A stretch of 64,000 nucleotides of DNA, from NCBI GenBank assembly GCA_937992175.1, contig CALKLF010000022.1, forward strand, positions 16,318-80,317, given 5' to 3'. Below, one piece after another: positions 46,561 to 55,008 of this stretch. Source of the stretch: an uncultured Fimbriimonadales bacterium (lineage in GTDB: Bacteria; Armatimonadota; Fimbriimonadia; Fimbriimonadales; GBS-DC). The notes under the pieces are model-generated. The model saw nothing but the letters and a program-made list of their open reading frames with translations, was not told the origin of the DNA and made no database searches. A program made the translations under genes and the position numbers. Position 1 is the stretch's first letter. Each line of letters begins with the position of its first letter.

Positions 46561-47598
46561 CTATTCTCGCAACGCCTCCCACACTGCTTTCTGTTTAGTA
46601 GCCAAAAAGAGCATTTCACGGTTGTGGGTGTGCGAGACCTGCCCGACCTTCTCGCCGCGCGGGTTGTAGACGCCAATCAGTGCGCCCACATAGCGCCGAT
46701 AGGGACGCTCGAAACAGATCACATAGCCCCACTCCTGCAGGATTGCTTCAATCTCATCGCGCGTCAGGTAGCCCTCGTTGTTGAACGAGACGAGCAGGTG
46801 CGACGCCCGTATCTGGCTGACCAGATACGCCATCGCTTCCCGCGCCTGCGCCCGCGCGTTGAACAGGCTCTTGCGCTGCTTGACATCGATGCGCTTACGC
46901 GCCACGCCATAGGTTTCGGGACGGTCCCACAGTACCAGCGTCTCCCATACATGGTAGTTCGCCAGGTAGGAGTGCTGGTTGTAAGGGGGGTCTAAATAAA
47001 ACAGGTCTGCTTGCAGCGCGCCCGCCAGTTCGAGCGCGTCCTGCTGATAGGCTTTGCCCCCGCCCGACAGCAGGGGCGGATACTCCAGTTTCAGGGGTTT
47101 ATAGGCGCGCGGCGCCCACTGCTTCAGGTACGCCATTTGCAGTCCCGTTGTGGAATCGACGCGATCGGCAGCGAGCATCAGGCTGGTCAGCAGGATGGCG
47201 CGGAGCAGCGGGTCGTCGTAGTTCTCGATGCCTTCGCGGATTGCCTCGATGCGCGCGCCGTTTTCGGGGCGGAAGTAGCGCGCCTGCTCGCAATAGGTTT
47301 CCGTGAACCAGCCGCGCTGCGGGGGCAGCCGCATCAGCGCGTCCAAGACGGGTTGCATCTGCTCTGGAGGGTAGGCATCGCGGTCGGCTTCCACGAGCGC
47401 GCGCGCCAGAATGTAAGCGTAGGTGTTGTGGTCGTTCGCGTGCACGAAGTAGCCCTGCGCCTTGAAAGCGTGCGCCACACGCCCACTGCCCGAAAACAGG
47501 TCAACGACGGAAGACACAGGCGAGAGGGCGCGTACCCGATTCGCTACGCCCGTTATCCAGTGCGTCAGCGCACGCTTGGAGCCGAGATACTTAATCAT
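46561..47598 (-). CDS. D12-class N6-adenine DNA methyltransferase (Dam-like, alpha-type order)
   Basis: 345 aa. N-terminal KYLGSKR and SAM motif DLFSGSG. Catalytic DPPY (FYLDPPYNQHSY). No adjacent endonuclease gene. Confidence 0.8.
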   Translation of the reverse strand: MIKYLGSKRALTHWITGVANRVRALSPVSSVVDLFSGSGRVAHAFKAQGYFVHANDHNTYAYILARALVEADRDAYPPEQMQPVLDALMRLPPQRGWFTETYCEQARYFRPENGARIEAIREGIENYDDPLLRAILLTSLMLAADRVDSTTGLQMAYLKQWAPRAYKPLKLEYPPLLSGGGKAYQQDALELAGALQADLFYLDPPYNQHSYLANYHVWETLVLWDRPETYGVARKRIDVKQRKSLFNARAQAREAMAYLVSQIRASHLLVSFNNEGYLTRDEIEAILQEWGYVICFERPYRRYVGALIGVYNPRGEKVGQVSHTHNREMLFLATKQKAVWEALRE

Positions 47599-47793
47599 TT
47601 GGAGTATAAAGGTGCAAGATTTTACCCGACCACATCATCCAGAAAGAGCGAAGCGGGTACGCAATCCCCATCGACCTCCTGTATGCGCTGGCGGTTCTCT
47701 ATTTGCTCACGCGTCCTGCGATTAGGGACGCCATGCACGATTCGCGTCCAGCAAACAGTGTGTTATCGCACAGAAGCATTTCGGTTCGAGTGT

Positions 47794-47983
47794 GACGGCG
47801 GGGACGCCGTCGTACCAAGCGCACTGTCGATGGGCGCACGATTCCTCTTGGTAATAAGTGCCTCCCGCACTAAATCGTCCTTTTTACCTAAACGCAAGCA
47901 ACGAAGCTACCCTGACCCTCCCCGCTTGCGGGGAGGCGTCACGGCTACCTGCGCGTGCGCTCTCTTCCCCCTTGCGGGGAGGG
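47794..47983. repeat. hairpin cluster (type C variant plus type D module)
   Basis: gacggcg[ggga]cgccgtc at 47794-47811. cctccccg[cttg]cggggagg-cgtcacggctacc...cccccttgcggggaggg at 47917-47983. Confidence 0.75.
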
Positions 47984-48027
47984 CTGGGATGGGGGTAAAA
48001 ATGAACGACTTCACCTGTAAGGTCTCA

Positions 48028-49095
48028 TCACACTTCCCCCACCTGCGCCGCGAGCGCATTCAGAATGCGTCGCCGATGGTCCAGATAGGCGTCCTTCTCG
48101 CGCGCATAGTAGACATGGTTCGTGAGCAGGATGACTGCCATCTCGATTTGCGGGTCAAAGAGCATCACGGTTCCCGTGAAGCCCGAATGCCCCACACAGC
48201 GCGGGGGGAACAGGTCGCCGCGCGGTAGCAGCGGGTTCGGGTGCGCGAACAGCCCCAGTGTGTGCATGCTGGGCGCGGCGTTGCCTGTTTGTGCCTGCGG
48301 AGTGAGAAGCAGCTGAATAGAATAGTACGAGAGGAGCGGTCGCCCGCCGCTCAGTACCATCCGTGTGTAGCGAATGAGATCTTCCAGCGTACTGAACAGC
48401 CCTGCGTGCCCCGCCACGCCGTTCATCGCGTAGGCGTTCTCGTCATGCACTTCCCCGCGAATCGTTTTGCCGGGGCGGTTTTCGGAGTGCCCTGTAGGAG
48501 CAATGCGTTCGCGCCATTCGGCGGGCGGGCAGTAGCCTGACGATTGCAGCCCCAGCGGCTCAGCGATTTTCTTTTTGAACAGTTCCGCCTGCGACTGCTC
48601 ATACACGCGCTCCAGAATCGCGCCCATCAGGATATAGCCGAGGTCGCTGTAGGTGTAGCCCTGCGCGGGAGGGCGGGTGCGCGGGGTCGCCAGCGCCGCC
48701 TGAATCACGGCGTCGCGCGAGTCGGCGTTTTTGTAGAGGGCGCGCCAAGCAGGCAGCCCTGAGGTGTGGGTCAGCAGGTGTTTGACCAGCACGCCTGTAT
48801 GGTGCTTCGCCTCTGGGAAAAAGCGGGTGAGAGGCGTCTCCAGCGTCAGCTTGCCTTCTTCCAGCGCAATCAAGGCAAGCGTCGACGTGCTAATCGGTTT
48901 GGTGAGCGAGGCGAGGTCGTAGATCGTGGCGGAGGTGGTCGCCACATCGCTTTCGGGGTCGGGCTTGCCGAACAACCCCTGATACTTCACGCGCCCGCCC
49001 AGCAACACGGCGCACGCCGTGCTGGGGAAGATTTTCTGCTCAATCGCTTCCTGAATCACGCTCTCTACGCTGGGCATCGTTCTGGCTCCTTTCAT
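48028..49095 (-). CDS. serine hydrolase, beta-lactamase/transpeptidase-like fold (class C/AmpH-like)
   Basis: 355 aa. SxxK nucleophile motif (ASLTKPIST) and YSD (YxN-equivalent) region. Its start overlaps the upstream gene's stop by 4 nt. Confidence 0.75.
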   Translation of the reverse strand: MKGARTMPSVESVIQEAIEQKIFPSTACAVLLGGRVKYQGLFGKPDPESDVATTSATIYDLASLTKPISTSTLALIALEEGKLTLETPLTRFFPEAKHHTGVLVKHLLTHTSGLPAWRALYKNADSRDAVIQAALATPRTRPPAQGYTYSDLGYILMGAILERVYEQSQAELFKKKIAEPLGLQSSGYCPPAEWRERIAPTGHSENRPGKTIRGEVHDENAYAMNGVAGHAGLFSTLEDLIRYTRMVLSGGRPLLSYYSIQLLLTPQAQTGNAAPSMHTLGLFAHPNPLLPRGDLFPPRCVGHSGFTGTVMLFDPQIEMAVILLTNHVYYAREKDAYLDHRRRILNALAAQVGEV

Positions 49096-50231
49096 CCGAA
49101 AGGGTTGGGGTTCACCTCCCGCTCAACGGCGCGCAGGTAGGCGTCGCTTTTGCCCGCTTGAGTAATCGCGTCGTAAGAGAAGAGGCAGAATCCGCGCGCG
49201 CCGCTGCGTCGAATCGCCCGAATCTTGTTGACCGTGCTATCTGGGGAGACCTGCCACGCGCCGACGCCGACAATCACAGGACGCCCCTGCGCCTTTTCGA
49301 CTACCTGCACTGCCTGACGCTGCACGACCGCCGTGTCTTTGTCATACGCCATCGGCAGCACGGTATCCAGCCAGTCGCTGCGTAGCCAGTAGAGCCAGTC
49401 CTGCAGTTTGTTCTTCGCGGCGAGCTGCGGGTCGGGCCACACCGCCGCCGAGAGAATCAGGTTCGGGTTGACGCGACGCGATTGACGGCTGAACGCGCCC
49501 ACGAACGCGCTCACCTGGTCGCGCCGCCAGTCGCTCCACTCGGCGGGGAACGCCTGTATCCACGCGAGCGGATTGCGCCCTGCCGCGCTTTTATCGAGCT
49601 GAGCACGGCGCGCCTCGGAGACGCGCTCCCACATCGCCTCGCGAAACCGCGCCCGACAGCCCGCGCAGTAGCAGTAGCCGTCGTAAGGATAGCGCACATA
49701 GTCCAGATGCAACCCATCAATTTGGGGATAGCGCTGGGCAACCTCCGCGAACACTTTGAGCAGGTGTGCCCGCACATTCGGGTTGCTGGGGCAGAGGTAA
49801 ACGCCCTCTACCCTGCCCGCAGTGGTCATCTGATAGCGGTTCTGCGCGTCGCGGGCAATCCAGTTGGGACTGCGACTGACGACATGCTGCCCGCTGCGAG
49901 GTTTACGGGGCTGACTCCACACATAGAACACATTCAGCCATGCGTGAACCTGCAACCCTGCACCGTCGGCGCAGCGCAGCAGGTAGCCCAGCGGGTCGAA
50001 ATCGGCGGGCTGGTCTGCCAACGCCTCCGCGCGGGGTTCATAGCTCGAGCGATAGTAAGCGTCGCCGCGCCCGCGAACCTGCACAAACAGCGCGTTGAAC
50101 CCATAGCGTGCGGCGTACTCCACCACCCGCTCGATGGAGCGCGGCGAAACCATCGAAGTGCGCACCACCCACAGGGCGCGCACTTCCTCCGGCAGACGGT
50201 GTCGGGCTGTGCTATGCATCGTTTTTGTCAT
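49092..50231 (-). CDS. glycoside-hydrolase-like family 10 protein (GHL10/DUF187, YngK-like)
   Basis: Start set at ATG 50231 (MTKTMHST...). Pattern VRALWVV...GFNALFVQVRGRGDAYY...FDPLGYLL...GLQVHAWLN. Confidence 0.65.
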   Translation of the reverse strand: MTKTMHSTARHRLPEEVRALWVVRTSMVSPRSIERVVEYAARYGFNALFVQVRGRGDAYYRSSYEPRAEALADQPADFDPLGYLLRCADGAGLQVHAWLNVFYVWSQPRKPRSGQHVVSRSPNWIARDAQNRYQMTTAGRVEGVYLCPSNPNVRAHLLKVFAEVAQRYPQIDGLHLDYVRYPYDGYCYCAGCRARFREAMWERVSEARRAQLDKSAAGRNPLAWIQAFPAEWSDWRRDQVSAFVGAFSRQSRRVNPNLILSAAVWPDPQLAAKNKLQDWLYWLRSDWLDTVLPMAYDKDTAVVQRQAVQVVEKAQGRPVIVGVGAWQVSPDSTVNKIRAIRRSGARGFCLFSYDAITQAGKSDAYLRAVEREVNPNPFG

Positions 50232-50300
50232 TCGGCATCGGTGAGGAGATTCCTGCGTAAGTTCCAGAATGTCGCCGTTGCTGCCGATAATCCGATTCGC

Positions 50301-52091
50301 ATGAGTCCAGTCTGGAAGTGGGCGCGGGTGGGCGTTTGCCCGATGACCGCGACGGGACGAATTTCCAGCGGGGCGCTTCCTCTGAACGCGCGCCTGTTCG
50401 AGGCGTTCGCGTGCTACCGTCTGATGCACGCGGGATTTCTGCTGGACTGGCTCCTGCCCGCCGAGCTGCCTGCACGCCTGCCTCATCTGAGCGTGTTGAT
50501 TACCATTGGGCACGGGGCGTTTGGGGATGCAACACGCCTCGCGCTGAACCAGTTTCTGGAGAGTGGGGGGATCTGGATTGCGATTGGCAGTCCCTGCGAC
50601 GCGCCTGACTTACTGGGGGTGGAACCCTGCCTCCATTCAGGCGGCGCACTGATGCGATTAGGCGAGGGCTACGCCTGCGTCGAGCGCGAGAATCCCCTTT
50701 TCAAGCGCGATTGGGAACTCCTGCACGGTTTTGGAGGGGCAGCGGTCACGGCGCAGGAAGGAACGGACATCTGGGCGCGCTGGCTGGATCCCCACGCCCG
50801 CGATACGGGATTGCCTGCGTTGACCCATCGCGCGGTTGGCGCAGGGCATGCGGTGCTTTACACCGTGCATGGGGGCGAGACGCTGGCGCGGATCCAGATG
50901 GGACGCCCCGTGAGCGAGCCGCGCCTGTTGCCCCCCGACGCGCCTCCCGACGAGGAGCCTGCTCTGCGCAGTGAAGACGCCTCGCGACTGGACTGGCATC
51001 TCGACCGTGCGCCGTGTGGCGAGGGGCAACTCTGCTTCGCCAAGCCACTCGCCGACCTCTGGGTGGAGAGCCTGATTCATGCGATTCTCTGGGCAGGTCA
51101 ACAACGCGGCGAGGTAGTCCCGATGTTCTGGTACTACCCTGCCTTCGCGCCCGCCGTCGGCGTGCTGAGCATCACTTCGGAGCCTGAACACGCGGATCAC
51201 GAGATGCCCCTGAACCACCTGCTGACCCTCACAGGCGTTCGCGCGGTCTGGTGCCTCAGCGAGGCGATTCACAACCCGAATTTTTATCGCGATCTGACAA
51301 AACGCGACCATGAGATTGGGCTTCGCTTTCAGCCTGACCCCGACCACTTCTGTCGCGCCAGCACGCTGCAGGGGCAGGTGGACAGTCTCCGTCGGTTCAC
51401 AGGGGTACGCGCGATTACGGCAGTGCAGGTCGCGAATCTGGCATGGCGCGGGTGTCAGGAGTTTTACCACTACGCGGAGAACGCGCAGATTCTGAGCGAC
51501 CTCAGTCGGGGCGGCTATCACCCGCAGGCGAGCGGCTTCCCGTTCGGCAGTGCGCACCCGTTTCGCGCCTGCAATCCGCAGCGCCCCGCTGAGCCTTACG
51601 CGGTGTTTACGCTTCCCTTGGTTGCCTATCGCGCCGTCGAGTGGGTGGGCGCGCCGCAAGCGAACGCGCTGCTGGAGCAGACGGTGAAGGCGTATGGCGT
51701 GTATCACATCACTGTCAGCCCAGCCGTACTGTCCTCCCAAACGCAGGCGGACGCGCTGATGCGCCTGCTCGGACGCGCGCGCCACCTTGGCGCGGAGTGG
51801 CGCACAGCGCACGAACTCGCCCGCTGGCTCGACGCCCGCCTCCACATCCGCTACAAGCTTAGCAGCCTGCCCGGGCAGATGGAACTGGGGCTGCTTTCAC
51901 TGACCACGCTGCACCGATTCGGGCTGCTGCTGTTCACACCGCTCACCGGCTGGGCGAACATCAGTGGGCAACCTGTGGAGTTAACGCCTGCCGAATATTA
52001 CGGCTACCCCTGCCTCGCGCTGGAAACCGACCTCATCGAAAAGACCGTGCGCGAGATACGGCTTTTCGAAAAAGCGTCTGAAGCAGCGTAG
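50301..52091 (+). CDS. hypothetical protein (possible amidotransferase-like N-terminus plus deacetylase-like barrel)
   Basis: The in-frame ATG at 50301 avoids overlap with the divergent GHL10 gene. The 5' part of the track ORF (from 49482) is antisense to that gene. The domain guesses are weak. Confidence 0.5.
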   Translation: MSPVWKWARVGVCPMTATGRISSGALPLNARLFEAFACYRLMHAGFLLDWLLPAELPARLPHLSVLITIGHGAFGDATRLALNQFLESGGIWIAIGSPCDAPDLLGVEPCLHSGGALMRLGEGYACVERENPLFKRDWELLHGFGGAAVTAQEGTDIWARWLDPHARDTGLPALTHRAVGAGHAVLYTVHGGETLARIQMGRPVSEPRLLPPDAPPDEEPALRSEDASRLDWHLDRAPCGEGQLCFAKPLADLWVESLIHAILWAGQQRGEVVPMFWYYPAFAPAVGVLSITSEPEHADHEMPLNHLLTLTGVRAVWCLSEAIHNPNFYRDLTKRDHEIGLRFQPDPDHFCRASTLQGQVDSLRRFTGVRAITAVQVANLAWRGCQEFYHYAENAQILSDLSRGGYHPQASGFPFGSAHPFRACNPQRPAEPYAVFTLPLVAYRAVEWVGAPQANALLEQTVKAYGVYHITVSPAVLSSQTQADALMRLLGRARHLGAEWRTAHELARWLDARLHIRYKLSSLPGQMELGLLSLTTLHRFGLLLFTPLTGWANISGQPVELTPAEYYGYPCLALETDLIEKTVREIRLFEKASEAA

Positions 52092-52175
52092 TGAACAGGA
52101 ACAGTAAATTCCTCAAGCAGTTCCCAGCCATTTCTTAGAGGAATTACTCCTTCCCATGCGTACTTAAAAGACACC

Positions 52176-53936
52176 ATGCGCGTTTACAGTGGGGTTTCGA
52201 TCTGGCTCGCTGCGGCGGCGATGGGCTTTGGTCAGGTCGCCAGCGAGCGTGTGGGCGTTACGGTCGCAGGGAACAACCTTACTGTGCGCCCCGCGCCGTG
52301 CAGCGCCAGCAGTCTGGGGTCGGCACAGGCAGGCGTGGACGGCGCTGTGCTGGGCGCGAGTGAGACCTGCAACAGCCTTATCTGGTTGCCTGTCCGCTGG
52401 GCAAATGAGTTGCAGGGCTGGTCGGCGACGGGCGCGGGTGGAGCCGACTACCTTGTTCCGCTGGCGGGACAGGGTGTGTTCCCGAATGTGTCGGCGCCGC
52501 TGGCGTATCCCGTGCGCGTCGGACCGAACGCCTCCGCGCTGAATGTGCGCACAGGACCAGGCACAGAATACGCTATCATCACCTCCCGAGCGGCAGGCGC
52601 GACAGGCTGGGCGTTTGAAGTAGCCAACAACACAGCGACCAACATCGTGTGGTGGAAAATCCGCTGGGACGACGGTGTGGTTGGTTGGTCGGCGGAGGCG
52701 GTGCGCGGGGCGGGCGTCTACCTGTCCCGAACAGGCGCGCCGCGCTTGAAGTTTCGCATCACCCTGCATATCCACGGCGCGACAGGCGTTGCTGTGAGCG
52801 TCAGCCCTGCCGACATGAACACGGGCGCGGCGGAAGTGAATGCGCCCGCAACACTCGTTTATCTTGCCGGACAAACGGTGACCCTCACCGCGCCCGATGT
52901 CGCGCCCAACGGCGCGACCTTCAGTCGCTGGCTGGTCAACGGTGAGTCGTTCTTGCGCCGTACCATCACGCTGCGGCAGGCGCAACACTACCGAATCACG
53001 CTGATTTACAGCCCCACGATCCCCGCCACCGAGGACGAGTTCCTGTGCAATCTGGTCGCGCCATGGCGACAGGGGCAAATCTGGCTCCCCTCGACCTATG
53101 ACTCCCACGCGGGCGGCAACCCGCAGTTTGCCGTGGACTTCAACCGCCTCTCCAGTGCGCGCAGCACTTGCCCCTACTTTAACGGCTTTGTGCAGGATTG
53201 CAACGAGCCGATGCTGGCGTCGCACTGGGGGCGCGTTTACACCCGCGCTCAGAGCGGCTGTGCGGGCTACGGTAATTTCGCGGTTGTCGTGAGTAATGTG
53301 CGCCTGCTCGGCTCCAGTAATATCTACCTTGCCACGATTTACGCGCACCTGAACTATTTTCTGGCTCCGAACGGCGCGGTGGTGGACGCCGGCGCGCCGA
53401 TCGGACGGCTCGGCAGCACGGGCAACTCGTCGGGGCCGCATCTGCACTATGAGGTGCGCTATGTGACGGTTTCCGGGGGCGCCATCACGCTGGGGACACG
53501 CATTCAAGTGTTGAACAACCCGCGTGTTCGGCTCAGTGGGCAACCGTTGCAGGTCGATTTCAACTGCCCCGTTTCGGGACTGGGGTACGGCGGTCCAGCG
53601 ATTGTAGGCACCGCGCCGCTGGGCGGTCTGCCGGCGAACATCGAGCCGCCCTGTGCGCCCTTTAACTGCCCCGGCGGCTTGACCGGCGGGGAGTATTTTC
53701 CCGATTTCGAGCCGAGCCGTTGCGAGGGCGAGCTGCCTGAAACCCTCACGCTCTACCTTGCCGATGTGAACGGCGATGGCTGCGTCGACGACGCCGACCT
53801 GTTGCAGGTGTTGCAGCGTTTCGGCGAGGCGTGCGAATCGGGCGAGGATATCAACGGGGACGGTGTGGTGGATGATGCCGACTTGATGCAGGTGCTCCTC
53901 GATTTTGGGCAGGGCTGCACCGCGTCGGCGCCGTAG
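52176..53936 (+). CDS. secreted M23 metallopeptidase with SH3-like domains and tandem dockerin-like C-terminus
   Basis: Signal peptide. Two bacterial SH3-like segments (LNVRTGPGTEYAII...). M23 motif GSTGNSSGPHLHYEVR. C-terminal DVNGDGCVDDADLLQVLQRFG and DINGDGVVDDADLMQVLLDFG. Confidence 0.8.
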   Translation: MRVYSGVSIWLAAAAMGFGQVASERVGVTVAGNNLTVRPAPCSASSLGSAQAGVDGAVLGASETCNSLIWLPVRWANELQGWSATGAGGADYLVPLAGQGVFPNVSAPLAYPVRVGPNASALNVRTGPGTEYAIITSRAAGATGWAFEVANNTATNIVWWKIRWDDGVVGWSAEAVRGAGVYLSRTGAPRLKFRITLHIHGATGVAVSVSPADMNTGAAEVNAPATLVYLAGQTVTLTAPDVAPNGATFSRWLVNGESFLRRTITLRQAQHYRITLIYSPTIPATEDEFLCNLVAPWRQGQIWLPSTYDSHAGGNPQFAVDFNRLSSARSTCPYFNGFVQDCNEPMLASHWGRVYTRAQSGCAGYGNFAVVVSNVRLLGSSNIYLATIYAHLNYFLAPNGAVVDAGAPIGRLGSTGNSSGPHLHYEVRYVTVSGGAITLGTRIQVLNNPRVRLSGQPLQVDFNCPVSGLGYGGPAIVGTAPLGGLPANIEPPCAPFNCPGGLTGGEYFPDFEPSRCEGELPETLTLYLADVNGDGCVDDADLLQVLQRFGEACESGEDINGDGVVDDADLMQVLLDFGQGCTASAP

Positions 53937-53937
53937 C

Positions 53938-54942
53938 ATGCGGCGTCGCCTGACGAAAACAGGAATCTGGGCGCGGCGCGCGAATTGTATATATGTGAAC
54001 ACACTTTTCGCAGCCACATGGTGGTTTGGTCGCACAGCGGTTGAGGCAGCGTGGCGACGCTGGCAGGAGTCGCGGGAGAGCGACTCGGCGTTGCGCCTGC
54101 TGGACGCGGTCGTCGAGGGCGCCGCGGCGGTCGAGCGCGACCCACAGGTGATGTCAGTGGGCTACGGCGGTCTGCCGAACCGTGACGGCGAAGTGGAGTT
54201 AGACGCCGCCGTCATGGAAGGCTCACGGCTCCGCGCCGGCGCAGTGGCAAGCGTGCGTGGCGTTCTGCCTGCGATTTACCTTGCGCGGGATGTGCTGCAG
54301 CGCACCCCACACCTAATGCTCGCCGGCGAGGGCGCGATCCGATTCGCGCTCCAGCAAGGCTACGAACCGCAGCAGTTGCTTACAGCGGAATCGTTGCGTC
54401 GCTGGCAGGAGTGGCGTCAGCAACGCACCGCCCCGAAAGAGGTGTCCACCGAACGCAGCGAGGAGCCCCACGATGTGCGGGTAAGCAACGAGTGGCACGC
54501 GCGCACGCCCGCCGAATCGCACGACACCGTGGGCGTATTGGGGTGGAATGAGGGACACCTGGTGGTCGCCTGCACCACCAGTGGGCTTGCGTGGAAAATT
54601 CCGGGCAGAGTCGGCGACTCGCCGATTGTGGGTGCGGGATTGTACGCCGATAACGAGGCGGGCGCGGCGGTCTGCACAGGTGTCGGCGAGGAAATCTGGC
54701 GGTTCGCGTTAGCAACGCGCGTGGTGGAAGCGATGCGCGCAGGCTACTCTGCGCAGCAGGCATGTCAGCGCAGCGTGGAGTTCATGCTCCGTCGCCTACC
54801 TGATGTAGCGGCGCACCAGTGCGCCGTGATGGCTGTGCGCGCAGACGGCGAGTTCGGACTCGCGGCGACCCAACCCGAAAGGTTCGATGCGTTCCTGTGT
54901 CGCGATGGCAGGATAGAAAGCGTTTCGGCGCACAATCCATAA
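53938..54942 (+). CDS. Ntn-hydrolase asparaginase family (glycosylasparaginase/isoaspartyl peptidase-like)
   Basis: Motifs VGYGGLPNRDGEVELDAAVMEG, autoprocessing site HD|TVGVL, GRVGDSPIVGAGLYAD and TGVGEE. The start is uncertain. ATG 53938 is the first ATG after the upstream stop. Confidence 0.7.
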   Translation: MRRRLTKTGIWARRANCIYVNTLFAATWWFGRTAVEAAWRRWQESRESDSALRLLDAVVEGAAAVERDPQVMSVGYGGLPNRDGEVELDAAVMEGSRLRAGAVASVRGVLPAIYLARDVLQRTPHLMLAGEGAIRFALQQGYEPQQLLTAESLRRWQEWRQQRTAPKEVSTERSEEPHDVRVSNEWHARTPAESHDTVGVLGWNEGHLVVACTTSGLAWKIPGRVGDSPIVGAGLYADNEAGAAVCTGVGEEIWRFALATRVVEAMRAGYSAQQACQRSVEFMLRRLPDVAAHQCAVMAVRADGEFGLAATQPERFDAFLCRDGRIESVSAHNP

Positions 54943-55008
54943 ACCGCTCCCCACACTGGTAATTTGCGGTCCCCGCGCGTTGTGCGCGAGGACCGCGGAT
55001 GGAGAGTA

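Noticed and set aside
49482-50300. 5' part of the 869-aa plus-strand ORF 49482-52091
   Set aside because: It is antisense to the well-supported GHL10 gene (49092-50231). The protein-like sequence begins only after about 50300.
52164-54035. 623-aa minus-strand ORF, the longest in this region
   Set aside because: It is antisense to a gene with clear signal peptide, SH3, M23 (HxxxD/HLH) and dockerin motifs. Its product is Arg/Ala/Gly-rich low complexity, typical of antisense frames in high-GC DNA.
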